DNA of 64,000 bases from an uncultured Spirochaetia bacterium (GTDB taxonomy: Bacteria; Spirochaetota; Brachyspiria; Brachyspirales; Brachyspiraceae): NCBI GenBank assembly GCA_947038115.1, contig CAMQVF010000001.1, positions 14,983 through 78,982 on the forward strand. The letters are read 5' to 3'. The first letter of the stretch is position 1, and each line of letters starts with the position of its first letter. Positions 31,201 through 41,230 of the stretch are shown here, one piece after another. The translations under genes were made by a program, and so were the position numbers. The notes under the pieces are model-generated. The model was not told where the DNA came from, ran no database searches, and saw only the letters and a list, made by a program, of their open reading frames with translations.

Positions 31201-32673
31201 TATTAAAAATTCTTGTGGTAGAACACCTTTAACCGATGCTCTTGTCGCACTAGCACTATTAAGATTAAGTTTAATATTCAATGGTTGTATCGACTCAGTT
31301 TTATTGATATTAATATCCAAACTATTTAAATCTTTTTTATAGTTTAGATTAAATACAATACCTTCGTTTATATGTTCTTTATATTTAAATTTATCTATTA
31401 AAATTTTCGAATAAACATTCTTGTCAGTAATTTGTATAGGCTTTACTAATATCTTGGTTGAAAGCTCTTCATTCGCTATTAAAATATTTTGTGTTTCTAT
31501 ATATAATTCACTTGCAATAGGTTCTTTAATTGGTATTGTGCCTTTAACTAAAATATTTCCTATTTCAGTGTTTATAACAGCATTTGAGACTATTATATTA
31601 TTATTATCCAATTTAGCATCAATAGACATGTCGAAATATTCATCATGTGTGTTTGCTGAAAATGTAGCATAAAGAGGTTTACCCATTTCATATTGCCCTT
31701 CCATTGACAATGATGCTGATATAAATTTATCTACAAGTTTGTCTATATCATTTATAGAATCTTTATTGTCTTTCAGTAAATGTTCAGCGATGGTAGACTT
31801 TTTAAATGAGTTTAAAGCTTTCGTTAATATAGCCTTACTTATTATTATATTAGTTATTGCGAAATCGGAGCGTTCTAATTCGGTATTATATTTTAATAAC
31901 CCAACTTCATTACTATCGATATTATCAAATAGAGTAGCTTTAAATACTTCTCCCATAGTTTCTGATTTTAGAGTGTAATCTAAAAATTTACCCTTTTCAT
32001 CATAAGCCGTAAAACTTGAATATAAATTATTAAAATTGGTTTCACTTTCTAAGTTAAACGAAAAATATGTTTCATCTAGCACCGATATTGTAGAATCGAG
32101 TGTATATCCATTTTCTTTAATATGAGCATCCAATGTCTGAAAAACTACTTGTATGGGTTTGCTAATTTCTGAAGTTGATTCTGAAAGGCTTATTGTAAAG
32201 TCATTAATAGAGATTCTTTTATCTGTAAAATAACTTAATATTTTAAGTAATTTTTCTCTGTCAGATCTATTATCTTTTTTTTCAGTATCTAAAGATAAAC
32301 CAGACATATAATATGGATATAAAAAAGCATCATTAATATCAAGACTACTAATTATATGAATTGGATTTTTTTTAAAGAAAATTCTAAATAAATTGATTGA
32401 AACGGTAGCATCTGATACTGCTAGAAATGGATTATCTTCTGTCTTTGAATATAGCTTAACATTATTTGCTTGAATTCTAAGTGGGTATTTTATTTTTAAA
32501 CTAGAAATAGATATATTAAAACTACTTCTTTCATTTATATATGCAATTATATTATCTAAATATTTATCTTGCAAACTTGAAGCTATGATAATAAATAAAA
32601 TAGTAGTAATAGAAAAAGCTACCAATGTTGTAACTATATACATTTTGAATCGTGAGTATCGAATAGCTCTCAC
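28234..32673 (-). CDS. tamB: TamB-like translocation and assembly module protein
   Basis: 1479-aa ORF with an N-terminal membrane anchor (MYIVTTLVAFSITTILFIIIA), a very long beta-rich body and a DUF490-like C-terminus ending ...FNLVTRWRF. Its stop overlaps the bamA start by 13 nt. Confidence 0.75.
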   Translation of the reverse strand: MRAIRYSRFKMYIVTTLVAFSITTILFIIIASSLQDKYLDNIIAYINERSSFNISISSLKIKYPLRIQANNVKLYSKTEDNPFLAVSDATVSINLFRIFFKKNPIHIISSLDINDAFLYPYYMSGLSLDTEKKDNRSDREKLLKILSYFTDKRISINDFTISLSESTSEISKPIQVVFQTLDAHIKENGYTLDSTISVLDETYFSFNLESETNFNNLYSSFTAYDEKGKFLDYTLKSETMGEVFKATLFDNIDSNEVGLLKYNTELERSDFAITNIIISKAILTKALNSFKKSTIAEHLLKDNKDSINDIDKLVDKFISASLSMEGQYEMGKPLYATFSANTHDEYFDMSIDAKLDNNNIIVSNAVINTEIGNILVKGTIPIKEPIASELYIETQNILIANEELSTKILVKPIQITDKNVYSKILIDKFKYKEHINEGIVFNLNYKKDLNSLDININKTESIQPLNIKLNLNSASATRASVKGVLPQEFLIALVGYDVLDPLSEIYIDYALSNKNTTTDNVSVSSIKIKSSKIYTAESIMEFDALLYPDKLLVNNLFVASGESGIKAKAQIDYDKNLNVTINGEVNTPLGDYKLSGYTESSDNDRIFYAATENEEIVARGFISEKGEINFNIDTPKSIHYKNIVFNTKITIDNTTKENKSLYLHGVINSSSSSAPIFTANASFEASNNTLAFTNIIYDYGDNTLVGSGVLSTEDGNTKLTAILLSDRGDGALATEISINQSRIYATLATRKLPLNTGSIYGLIDTKATVIGNLNDPIVHLEEFKINALEIKGSRYDVSLQGFLRKDEVEIKNVYMIKTGKDGFVVTGKNRDVIAIPNAYFSKDLQSISINVTNLYLLSTFSGNIDYSKRTLGNGNKEYRIKTTPIDVNHRTLKSFNTVAIDNGTNIVFLSPETHGIRGFVNREDKKIVADLQYMFDNKELLNIEGSIKDAVSDQVDMLVTSDNLTTEIFELFNTLFKRIDSKPTNFVVEGKPYTLYAKLHGDIDDVKITGRFLGSAKKIKMQYFSDVFTETTADFIFEGDSARVAALKFSTSKGKYLELTGDAELNNNFVNYMNFDVLTSDLQVGLLNADANLGILKAKGNVHIDMNIGGNLTVPKMTGNIILKRNDIQLIIKPGTTYQQHMYSLASEVYWDLNIEALQSVRVANSLVGDLYIEDGQTLRVYNSVIDNIQLEGTMNISRGSIYYLQNVYTIESGSVTFPPINSIDPIIKAVAYTQTRYYQYTGSSVSIDDGGYDVTLYMEMNSRISQLLFDVNGGIAPIKFYTIPALGQYQVNQLAGVPQTSLEENTESLRYAATTSSASASLQADQDRIAQLTMSYSELAIKSTLLRPVERWIRQFIGIDYINLNPAVVGNLINDTILNGGESISTLSVLDNTSVSIGKYVSKDLYFKYDITYRFNDPSRPSNLNRPDDPYFFDHQFGFEVFLLRHLKLANLSFEYKINPFELETVRQEFNLVTRWRF

Positions 32674-32988
32674 AGGTAAAATTCCTTAAAATGTTAGAAA
32701 ATATTTTTCATACTACTTATTTATCGGTTTTTAATACTTATAATAAAAAGTCAATAAATTCTACAAAAAGTATAACAATCCCTCATTATACTATAAACAA
32801 ATATAGTTTCAAGAAGTTAAATTCTATATTTTTATTCTATATTAAATATAATAAAAAAAAATGTAGAATAAATAAAAATCTATCTAATTATAGTTTTATC
32901 CTATAAAATATATATCTTCTGGCTTGACTTTTCACTTGTTTAGTGTAAATTCTGATTATTAATGAAATACTTACTGGAGATTTAACTT

Positions 32989-33693
32989 ATGAAAATAAAA
33001 AATATAAAAATAATTACTTTATCTTTGCTATTCTTAATGGCATTTACTTTGACAAGCTATTCACAAGAGGCTACTAAAAAAGAAAATAGAAAAAGTGGAT
33101 TTGTTTTTGGAGTAGTTGGTGGCAGTACATTTAATGTTACTGATGTGCAAGATGATTTTTATTCTATGAATTTTTATTCAACTATACAAACAGGTTATTT
33201 ATTTGGTCTTTCTCGACATATCGCTTCTACTTTTTTATTAGACCTTGGATACAGCACTAGTTCATCTTTTAAGTCTGTCGATGATGATGATTTAGATATT
33301 GGTGGAAGTATTATTAATAAAGTTAATTATCATAATTTTCAATTAGGTATTTCTCAGTCTATAAATTTTGGAAACTTTTCTATTGGTATAGGTGGCGGTG
33401 CTAAATTCCCATTGGCTGCTTATAAAACTACAACTGTGCTTTCGGGTGATAATCATAGTGATTCTGATAGTGCTATTATTTTTGTCAATAAGATGGGTGT
33501 TAATTATTCGATTGTGCCTTATGCCAAAGCGACTTTAGATTATTCATTGTTTATCGATACAAGAACGGCTATTACTCTTGGCTTGAATTTTGAGTATATT
33601 TTTGATACAGGGAACAGACATTCTATATATAATGGAAATCCAGAAGGTTTCTATATTGGTGGACAAATGGGGATTAAATTAGCTCCAAGATAA
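32989..33693 (+). CDS. Small outer-membrane beta-barrel protein
   Basis: 234-aa ORF with a signal peptide and alternating hydrophobic/aromatic beta-strand pattern. A possible TTGACT-16-TAAATT promoter lies at 32924-32951. Confidence 0.6.
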   Translation: MKIKNIKIITLSLLFLMAFTLTSYSQEATKKENRKSGFVFGVVGGSTFNVTDVQDDFYSMNFYSTIQTGYLFGLSRHIASTFLLDLGYSTSSSFKSVDDDDLDIGGSIINKVNYHNFQLGISQSINFGNFSIGIGGGAKFPLAAYKTTTVLSGDNHSDSDSAIIFVNKMGVNYSIVPYAKATLDYSLFIDTRTAITLGLNFEYIFDTGNRHSIYNGNPEGFYIGGQMGIKLAPR

Positions 33694-33717
33694 AATTAAA
33701 ATAAAAAATATAATTAA

Positions 33718-33750
33718 GCTCTTTCTATAAAAAGAAAGGGCTTTTGTTTT
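33718..33750 (+). terminator. Intrinsic terminator
   Basis: GCTCTTTCT (33718-33726) pairs with AGAAAGGGC (33733-33741), with one G:U and a 6-nt loop, then TTTTGTTTT. Confidence 0.65.
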
Positions 33751-33816
33751 ATTTAACTATGAAATATAAATTTAGGTAATATGCTTATTTATATATATTT
33801 TTGGTTAGGAAAGATT

Positions 33817-33844
33817 TTGACAATTAATTAAATTGGTATATAAT
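33817..33844 (+). promoter_or_regulatory. Consensus sigma-70 promoter of the oxidoreductase operon
   Basis: TTGACA (33817-33822), a 16-nt spacer, then TATAAT (33839-33844). Confidence 0.55.
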
Positions 33845-33921
33845 TTAAACAATCGAAGTATATTTATTTTCGTAATCAATTAATTTTTAGTTTGTTATAA
33901 ACTTTATAAAGGAGTGTTTAT

Positions 33922-34161
33922 ATGGCTGCTAAAGGTCGTGTTGCATTTGATAGAGAAAATTGTAAAGGTTGTTCAATTTGTGTTTCAGTTTGTCCAACCA
34001 AAATAATTTCACTAGACGAAGGGGATATGAACTCTTGGGGTTATTATCCTGCTACTGTAAAAGAGATGGATAAATGTATAGGATGTGCAAATTGTGCTGT
34101 CATGTGTCCTGACTTAGTTATTACTGTAGAAAGATTCAAAGAAGAAAAGAAGGAGAAATAA
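33922..34161 (+). CDS. 2-oxoacid:ferredoxin oxidoreductase delta subunit (2x[4Fe-4S] ferredoxin), KorD/OorD type
   Basis: 79-aa ORF with two cluster motifs, CKGCSICVSVCP and CIGCANCAVMCP. Confidence 0.85.
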   Translation: MAAKGRVAFDRENCKGCSICVSVCPTKIISLDEGDMNSWGYYPATVKEMDKCIGCANCAVMCPDLVITVERFKEEKKEK

Positions 34162-34165
34162 AACT

Positions 34166-35227
34166 ATGGCTAAAAAGTTAATGAAAGGCAATGAGGCTAT
34201 GTCTATGGCTGCTATTGAGGCTGGGTGTAGATGTTTTTTTGGATACCCAATAACTCCTCAAAATGAGATACCAGAGTTTATGTCTAAAGCTATGTATGAT
34301 GTCGGCGGTGCTTTTGTGCAAGCTGAATCTGAAATTGCTGCTATTAATATGGTTTATGGTTCGGCTGGTGCTGGCGTCCGTAGTATGACATCATCATCAT
34401 CACCGGGTATTGCATTAAAGCAAGAAGGGATATCTTATTTGGCGGGTGCTGAAGTTCCTGCCGTTATATTAAATGTTATGAGGGGTGGGCCTGGTCTTGG
34501 TAGTATTCAGCCTGGGCAAAGTGATTATAATATGCTTACTCGTGGTGGTGGAAACGGAGACTATAAATGTATAGTTTTTGCTCCTGCCAATTTACAAGAA
34601 GCAGCCGATATGGTTATGCATGCTTTTGATGCTTCTGATTATTATAGAACGCCTGTCTTTGTTGCAGTTGATGGATACATAGGGCAGATGATGGAGCCTG
34701 TTGATATTAATTATAAACCTAAATTTGAGAATATAGATAAGTCATCATGGGCTGCTTGTGGCACTCATGGTAAACGTGAAAGAAATATCATAAACTCATT
34801 ATATTTGGATTCGAATGAACTATATAAACATAATATTCATTTGAGTGAAAAGTATAAAGAGATAGAAGAAAAAGAAGCACAAGTTGAAGAGTATTATACA
34901 GATGATGCAACTATTATTTTAGTATCTTATGGAACAATGTCTCGTATTTGTCGAGGTGTTGTCGATGAGTTTAGAAAAGAAGGACTTAAAGTTGGTATGA
35001 TAAGACCAAAAACTTTATGGCCTTTTCCTTCGTCTAGCTTTGAAAATAAAGACTCTTGCAAAGCTTATTTTTCTATTGAAATGAGCATGGGGCAGATGAT
35101 TGATGATGTAAGGCTTGCTTCTGCTTGCAAAGTCCCTGTTCACTTTTATGGGAAAGCTGGTGGCCTAGTTCCTAGTGCTAAAGAAATTACTGAAAATATT
35201 AAAGAAAAAGCAGGAGAACTATTATGA
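34166..35227 (+). CDS. 2-oxoacid:ferredoxin oxidoreductase alpha subunit (KorA/OorA type; substrate not assignable)
   Basis: 353-aa ORF starting KLMKGNEAMSMAAIEAGCRCFFGYPITPQNEI, the typical alpha-subunit N-terminus. Confidence 0.9.
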   Translation: MAKKLMKGNEAMSMAAIEAGCRCFFGYPITPQNEIPEFMSKAMYDVGGAFVQAESEIAAINMVYGSAGAGVRSMTSSSSPGIALKQEGISYLAGAEVPAVILNVMRGGPGLGSIQPGQSDYNMLTRGGGNGDYKCIVFAPANLQEAADMVMHAFDASDYYRTPVFVAVDGYIGQMMEPVDINYKPKFENIDKSSWAACGTHGKRERNIINSLYLDSNELYKHNIHLSEKYKEIEEKEAQVEEYYTDDATIILVSYGTMSRICRGVVDEFRKEGLKVGMIRPKTLWPFPSSSFENKDSCKAYFSIEMSMGQMIDDVRLASACKVPVHFYGKAGGLVPSAKEITENIKEKAGELL

Positions 35228-35967
35228 TAGTATTTGAGAAAACAGAAGGTCTTACCGACGAAAGAACTCACTATTGTCCTGGTTGTATGCATGGAGTGGC
35301 TCAAAGGTTAATTGGTGAAGTTTTGGTAGAATTAGGATTGCTCGATAAAACTGTTGGTGTAGCATCTGTTGGATGTACAGTTTTAGCTTATAAATATTTC
35401 AACTGCGACATGCAACAAGCGGCTCATGGTCGTGCACCTGCTGTGGCTACTGGTATAAAAAGAGCTTTGCCTGATAGTATTGTTTTTACACTTCAAGGTG
35501 ATGGCGACTTGGCAGCTATTGGAACGGCTGAAATTATACATGCTGCTGCTCGTGGTGAAAATTTTACAGTTATATTTTTAAATAATGCTATTTATGGAAT
35601 GACTGGCGGACAAATGGCTCCGACGACATTAATGAATCAAAAATCAACAACTTCTCAATCGGGTAGAGTGAGAGAGAGAGCAGGAAGTCCTATTAAAGTT
35701 TGCGAAATGCTTGCTACTTTGGACGGTCCTTCTTATATTGAGAGAGTTGCCATGGATACACCGGGTAATGTTCGTAAAGCAAAGGCTGCTATTAAAAAAG
35801 CTTTTGAGGCTCAAGTTAGAGGTGATGGTTTCTCGATTGTTGAGCTTTTAGTTACTTGTACTACAGGTTGGGGTATCTCTTCGATTGATGCTAATAAATG
35901 GGTTGCAGATAATATGATTCCATACTATCCAACTGGAAATTTTAAGAATATTCAAGGAGGGAACTAA
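35224..35967 (+). CDS. 2-oxoacid:ferredoxin oxidoreductase beta subunit (TPP-binding)
   Basis: 247-aa ORF with the TPP motif LQGDGDLAAIG...FLNNAIYGMTGGQ. Its start overlaps the alpha stop (ATGA). Confidence 0.9.
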   Translation: MIVFEKTEGLTDERTHYCPGCMHGVAQRLIGEVLVELGLLDKTVGVASVGCTVLAYKYFNCDMQQAAHGRAPAVATGIKRALPDSIVFTLQGDGDLAAIGTAEIIHAAARGENFTVIFLNNAIYGMTGGQMAPTTLMNQKSTTSQSGRVRERAGSPIKVCEMLATLDGPSYIERVAMDTPGNVRKAKAAIKKAFEAQVRGDGFSIVELLVTCTTGWGISSIDANKWVADNMIPYYPTGNFKNIQGGN

Positions 35968-35969
35968 CT

Positions 35970-36521
35970 ATGGCTATCGATAGAATTATATTCGCTGGCT
36001 TTGGTGGACAAGGGGTTATGTCTATGGGACAGATGCTCACATATGCTGGCATGATGGAAGGCAAGCATGTTACTTGGTGTCCTTCTTATGGCCCTGAGAT
36101 GCGTGGTGGGACTGCTAATTGCTCGGTGGTTATTAGTGATGAGCTTATAGGTTCACCAATTATAGACAATGATGCCACTGCTGTTATTGCTATGAATCCT
36201 CCTTCGTTAATTAAATTTGAAAGTCATGCTATATCTGGAGCAACTCTTTTAATAAATTCTTCTCTTATCGATAAAAAGGCACAAAGAAGTGACCTTAATG
36301 TTTGTTATATTGAGGCTAATAAAATAGCTGCCGATGTTGGTAATGCTAAGTCGGCAAATATGGTGATGCTTGGATCTTTACTTGCTATGACAAAAATTGT
36401 TAGCTTTGAATCTATAGAAGAGGCTTTCTTGAAAGTTTTTGGTGAGCGTAAAAAAAGTTTTATGCCAGCTAATCGTGCTGCATTAAAAGCAGGTGCGGAA
36501 GCGGTTTGTATTAAAGCGTAA
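35970..36521 (+). CDS. 2-oxoacid:ferredoxin oxidoreductase gamma subunit
   Basis: 183-aa ORF starting [18 protein letters not shown], the typical gamma-subunit N-terminus. Confidence 0.9.
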   Translation: MAIDRIIFAGFGGQGVMSMGQMLTYAGMMEGKHVTWCPSYGPEMRGGTANCSVVISDELIGSPIIDNDATAVIAMNPPSLIKFESHAISGATLLINSSLIDKKAQRSDLNVCYIEANKIAADVGNAKSANMVMLGSLLAMTKIVSFESIEEAFLKVFGERKKSFMPANRAALKAGAEAVCIKA

Positions 36522-36538
36522 ATTAATTATAAAAAAAT

Positions 36539-36572
36539 AAGAGCAGAGGATATTAAATTATTCTCTGCTCTT
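36539..36572. terminator. Bidirectional intrinsic terminator between convergent operons
   Basis: AAGAGCAGAGGA (36539-36550) pairs with TTCTCTGCTCTT (36561-36572). It is flanked by an A tract upstream and a T tract downstream. Confidence 0.7.
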
Positions 36573-36591
36573 TTATATTTTACTAAAAAAA

Positions 36592-37521
36592 TTAAATAAT
36601 CGTTTTAAAATATTCTATTGTATTTTTTATTCCCATTTGAAGATCAACTTGATTATCCCATTTAAGTTCTTTTTTTGCCAGTGTTAAATCGGGTTTTCTT
36701 TTAATTGGGTCATCTTGTGGAAGGTCTTTATATATAATTTTCGACTTTGAGTTAGTCATTTCTATAATATTTTTTGCAAAATCTAAAATAGTCATCTCGT
36801 AGTCATTGCCCAAATTTACAGGCCCAGTAAAATTGTCTTTATTCATAGTTTTTATAGCACCGTCTATTAAGTCGGTAGCATAACAAAAACTTCTTGTCTG
36901 GCTTCCATCGCCATAAACAGTTATGTCTTCATTTTTTAAGGCTTGAACTATAAAATTAGATACAACTCGTCCATCTTCAATATTCATTTTTGGCCCATAA
37001 GTGTTGAATATACGTATAATTTTAATATCTGTATTATACATTCTTTTATAGTCCATCATCAATGTTTCAGCCGACCTTTTGCCTTCATCATAGCAACTTC
37101 TTATTCCGTTTGGATTAACATGTCCCCAGTACTTTTCATTTTGAGGATGCTCTAAAGGGTCTCCATAGACTTCACTTGTAGATGCCTGTAATATTTTAGC
37201 ATTACAATCACGTGCCAAATTAAGCATATTGAGTATGCCCAATACATTTGTTTTAAATGTAGCTATAGGGTTTTTTTGATAATGAATTGGAGAAGCAGGG
37301 CATGCGAAATTATAAATCTCATCGCATTCTATAAAAATTGGTTCTGTTATGTCATGCCTTATATATTCAAAGTTGGGATTTGAATGCATATGTTTGATAT
37401 TTTCATTTGAACCCGTGAAATAATTATCCACTGATATAACTTTATTTCCTTCATTCAAAAGTCGCTCACATAGATATGAACCCAAAAATCCTGCGCCACC
37501 TGTTACAATAATTCTTTTCAT
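36592..37521 (-). CDS. UDP-glucuronate decarboxylase (UDP-xylose synthase)
   Basis: 309-aa ORF with [45 protein letters not shown] and [11 protein letters not shown]. It is collinear with the UXS family. Confidence 0.85.
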   Translation of the reverse strand: MKRIIVTGGAGFLGSYLCERLLNEGNKVISVDNYFTGSNENIKHMHSNPNFEYIRHDITEPIFIECDEIYNFACPASPIHYQKNPIATFKTNVLGILNMLNLARDCNAKILQASTSEVYGDPLEHPQNEKYWGHVNPNGIRSCYDEGKRSAETLMMDYKRMYNTDIKIIRIFNTYGPKMNIEDGRVVSNFIVQALKNEDITVYGDGSQTRSFCYATDLIDGAIKTMNKDNFTGPVNLGNDYEMTILDFAKNIIEMTNSKSKIIYKDLPQDDPIKRKPDLTLAKKELKWDNQVDLQMGIKNTIEYFKTII

Positions 37522-37536
37522 AATTTTTAAGTCCGT

Positions 37537-38226
37537 TTATTTATTTTCTAAAATAATATTTATAATATCTGTAAAATTTTCTGAGTAGTATTGAGCATTA
37601 AATTTTAATAATTCATCTCTTTCTGTTATGCCATAAAGTGCGATTATTATTTTCATATTATTATTTTTAGCGAATTCATAGTCAGGAATTCCATCACCAA
37701 CCATTATTGAGCTTTCAGAGTTAACACTAAAATCTCTCTTTATATATTGCCAAATCTCTTTGCTTGGTTTAATTTCATCATACATTCCGTCGCCTATAAC
37801 AGAGATAAAATAATTTTCTATATTAAGTTTTTTTATAGTTTCAATTGCGATATTATGTGGTTTATTAGTGAGTACATACATATCGAAATTATTTTCTTTT
37901 AGTTTTGTTAAACCCTCTAAAACTCCATCATATAAATTACCATATTTTACACAATTACTATAATAGTAATCTTTATAGAAAGTAGTAAAATCATTGTGAA
38001 TACTTTTTATATAACTTTCTTCAAGGTTGTTATCTTCCTTTACTTTTGAGAGTATATCATTTATAAAGTTTTTTACACCACGTCCCATAGCTTTCGCCAC
38101 TATATTAGTTTCAACAGGTGGAAGATTAAATTTCTTCAAAGTAATTTTTACTCCATAGTCGATGTCTGGAAGAGAATTTAATAAAGTTCCATCTAAGTCA
38201 AAGAATATACTTTTAATATTTTTCAT
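37537..38226 (-). CDS. HAD-superfamily hydrolase (phosphoglycolate phosphatase-like)
   Basis: 229-aa ORF with motif I FFDLDGTL, LTNK and VGDGIPD. Confidence 0.8.
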   Translation of the reverse strand: MKNIKSIFFDLDGTLLNSLPDIDYGVKITLKKFNLPPVETNIVAKAMGRGVKNFINDILSKVKEDNNLEESYIKSIHNDFTTFYKDYYYSNCVKYGNLYDGVLEGLTKLKENNFDMYVLTNKPHNIAIETIKKLNIENYFISVIGDGMYDEIKPSKEIWQYIKRDFSVNSESSIMVGDGIPDYEFAKNNNMKIIIALYGITERDELLKFNAQYYSENFTDIINIILENK

Positions 38227-38758
38227 TTACGCTCTTTGTATTTTGTCTTTTTAAGCTTTCGCTTTTTATAAATTTAAGGTCTTTTTTATGCATTCGTTTT
38301 TGGTGAGATTCTAGTCTATCTAAAAATAATATTCCATTTGTGTGATCAATTTCATGTTGAATGACACGTGCTAGAAAATCATTAGCTTCTAAAATTTGTT
38401 CATTGTTGTCAATATCTAAGTATTTAACTTTTATACTTGTAGATCTAAAAACATCATCTACTATATCTGGAATAGACAAACATCCTTCTTCCCCTTCACA
38501 TTCTTCATCTGAATGATATATTATTTCAGGGTTTATTAATGCCATTTCAAACATACTTTCATCTTCTTGAGGAATGCCAACAATAATAACTTTTTTAAGT
38601 ACATTTACTTGAACGGCAGCAAGTCCTACACCATTATTTTGATACATTGTTTCAAACATATCATTTATTAATTCTTTTATATCTGCATCTATTTTTTCTA
38701 CAGTATGAGATTTTTGTTTTAATACTTCATCACCATACCAGACTATTTCTCTGATCAT
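38213..38758 (-). CDS. def: Peptide deformylase
   Basis: 181-aa ORF with GVGLAAVQV, EGCLSIP and QHEIDH metal-binding motifs. Confidence 0.95.
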   Translation of the reverse strand: MIREIVWYGDEVLKQKSHTVEKIDADIKELINDMFETMYQNNGVGLAAVQVNVLKKVIIVGIPQEDESMFEMALINPEIIYHSDEECEGEEGCLSIPDIVDDVFRSTSIKVKYLDIDNNEQILEANDFLARVIQHEIDHTNGILFLDRLESHQKRMHKKDLKFIKSESLKRQNTKSVNEKY

Positions 38759-38946
38759 TTCAATTTCTCCTTCTATATCTATGCTATAATAAAAGATTTT
38801 CTTCTTATAGTCAAGTTTTTATAGTTTTTTTCTTAATATTTATGATATCTATACTTTACTTTTTGAATTTTAAAACTATAATTGTATAGTTACATAATAT
38901 TTTTTTAAAATGTTAAAGTAAAAATAATTTAATTGGATTTCTATTT

Positions 38947-39555
38947 ATGAAAGGTTTCTTTGTAATTGTTATTTTTGTGGCAATAAATGTTATAGCATTT
39001 ACTATATTCGCTATATATATGACAGGTTCTGTAAATAGTTCGATAAAAGAGCAAGAGGAATTATCACGTGCTGCTTTAGATTCACTCATGTTAGTATATG
39101 TGGAAAAAAATATAGCGTCTTCAAATTACTTTAATGCTGTTTCACAAATACCTCACCTTAATGCTTATTTACTTTCAACTTTTAGCAATTATATTGACAC
39201 AGCATTAAATATACCACTAAATGAATCACTTGTTGAAAGACCATTAACATTTCAAAAACTCCAATATACACAATCAAAAATACAAGAGAGAATAAATCAA
39301 TTTAATAACACAGCAAGAAATTATGCAGTTTTACGCACAAACACTTCGTATGTCGATGCTCGTAAATATGTCGAATTAATAACTAAAGAAGAGTTAGCAT
39401 ATATTAAAACCTATAATGAATATGTACAGCAATATAATAAGCTCACTTCTCGTGTTCCTTCGAGCATAGTTGCTGGGTTTATGGGGAAATTCCCATTTTT
39501 AGAATTTGAAACAGGCACAAATATAACATCGAAAATGGAACATATTTTTGAATAA
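38947..39555 (+). CDS. LemA-like membrane protein
   Basis: 202-aa ORF with an N-terminal TM helix. The blocks INQFNNTARNYAV and IKTYNEYVQQYNKLTSRVPSSIVAGFMGKFPFLEF resemble the LemA repeat and C-terminus. Confidence 0.5.
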   Translation: MKGFFVIVIFVAINVIAFTIFAIYMTGSVNSSIKEQEELSRAALDSLMLVYVEKNIASSNYFNAVSQIPHLNAYLLSTFSNYIDTALNIPLNESLVERPLTFQKLQYTQSKIQERINQFNNTARNYAVLRTNTSYVDARKYVELITKEELAYIKTYNEYVQQYNKLTSRVPSSIVAGFMGKFPFLEFETGTNITSKMEHIFE

Positions 39556-39637
39556 TATTTAAATGCTTGACTACTACGCTATTTTTGATATAATCTTTTA
39601 TTAAAGTATGTTAAATAAAATGTCTTTGGAGTGTGTT

Positions 39638-41221
39638 ATGATTAAAAAAAATATCGCGAGTATTGTGCAAAAAGCTTTTGATGATTATCTGAAAAGTATT
39701 TCGAGTGATGCTAAGTGTCAAGTTGAAATAGGTTATCCTTCGGATTCAAAATTCGGAGATTACGCTTGTGCTACAGCCTTGAGGATTGCCAAAGACATAA
39801 ACAAAAATCCTATGGATATAGCTCAAGCAGTTATTACTACTATTAAAAGTGATGACTTTGCTGGTATTGAAGTTGTTCGTCCGGGGTTTATAAATATTAC
39901 ATTGTCTGATAAATTTATAAATAAGTCTATTAATGATTTACTTAAAAGTGAAAACTATGGAAAAAATACTGTAGAAAAACCACTTAAAATATTACTTGAG
40001 TATGTTAGTGCAAACCCAACAGGTCCACTTCATATTGGGCATGGACGATGGGCTGCTATTGGTAGTGCTTTGGGTAATTTGCTTTCTTATGTGGGGCATA
40101 ATGTTCATCATGAATTTTATGTTAATGATGCGGGTGAACAAATTGAAAAGTTAAATCGAAGTGTTAACGCTGTAAAAAATGGTCTGCCTGTGCCTGAAGA
40201 TGGTTATCATGGTGCTTATATAGCAGATGTTGCTAAACTTGATGGCGAGCCTAAAGACTTAATTCTTGAGACTCAAAAACAATTACTTGAACGTTTTCGA
40301 ACATATATGGAAACTTATACATCTGAAGATGATATAAGAAAAAGTGGTGATTTGGAAACAACTATTGAAGTGTTAAAAGAAAAAGGTCTTATATACGAAA
40401 AAGAAGATGCTTGGTGGTTTAAGAGCACAGTTTATGGAGATGATAAGGACAGAGTGGTTCAAAAGACTTCTGGTGATTATACTTATTTTGCTCCTGATAT
40501 TGCTTATCATAGAAATAAAATATTAAGAGGCTTTGACTTTTTAATTAATATATTGGGAGCTGATCACCATGGTTATGTTCCAAGAATAACTGCTGCTGTT
40601 CGTGCTTTAAGTGATGACAAAGTAAAACTAGATGTAGTTTTGGGACAATTAGTTAGACTTTATAGAGGTAAAGACCTCGTGAGAATGAGTAAACGTACAG
40701 GTGACATGGTTAGCCTTGAAGAGGTTATTGACGAAATAGGAATTGATTCTACTCGATATTTCCTTTTAATGCGTTCGGTTACTACTACTTTAGATTTTGA
40801 TTTGGAACTTGCAAGAAAAAAAGAAAATGATAATCCGATTTATTATGTTCAATATGCATATGCTCGAATATGTAATATATTTTTCAAGTTAGAAGAGAAG
40901 GATTTAAGCTATGATAAAAATACTGTCTTTGATATATCGAAAATATCGAATGAACAGACATTAAAACTTGCTAAACTTTTAATGCGTATGCCTGATGAGT
41001 TGCTTGAGTCAGCTAAATCTTTTGAGGTTTATCCTATTGTTAATTATACGTATGAAGTTTCTGCGGCTTTGCATAGATTTTATTATGAAAATATTGTTTT
41101 ATGTGATGATGCGGAAATTAGAAATCAAAGACTTCAACTGGTTGAGGCTGTAAGACAGGTTCTAGCTATTTTGTTCGATATTATAGCTATTTCTAAAATT
41201 GAAAGAATGTGGTCAGAGTAA
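39638..41221 (+). CDS. argS: Arginine--tRNA ligase
   Basis: HIGH-type motif [20 protein letters not shown], and anticodon-binding C-terminus ending ERMW. The ATG at 39638 with GGAG RBS is preferred over the track start at 39608. Confidence 0.95.
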   Translation: MIKKNIASIVQKAFDDYLKSISSDAKCQVEIGYPSDSKFGDYACATALRIAKDINKNPMDIAQAVITTIKSDDFAGIEVVRPGFINITLSDKFINKSINDLLKSENYGKNTVEKPLKILLEYVSANPTGPLHIGHGRWAAIGSALGNLLSYVGHNVHHEFYVNDAGEQIEKLNRSVNAVKNGLPVPEDGYHGAYIADVAKLDGEPKDLILETQKQLLERFRTYMETYTSEDDIRKSGDLETTIEVLKEKGLIYEKEDAWWFKSTVYGDDKDRVVQKTSGDYTYFAPDIAYHRNKILRGFDFLINILGADHHGYVPRITAAVRALSDDKVKLDVVLGQLVRLYRGKDLVRMSKRTGDMVSLEEVIDEIGIDSTRYFLLMRSVTTTLDFDLELARKKENDNPIYYVQYAYARICNIFFKLEEKDLSYDKNTVFDISKISNEQTLKLAKLLMRMPDELLESAKSFEVYPIVNYTYEVSAALHRFYYENIVLCDDAEIRNQRLQLVEAVRQVLAILFDIIAISKIERMWSE

Positions 41222-41230
41222 AATTTTTGA

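Noticed and set aside
32691-32906. 71-aa ORF in the 315-nt tamB / OMP intergenic region
   Set aside because: The sequence is K/N/I/Y-rich and low-complexity with no RBS. The region is better explained as divergent promoter DNA.
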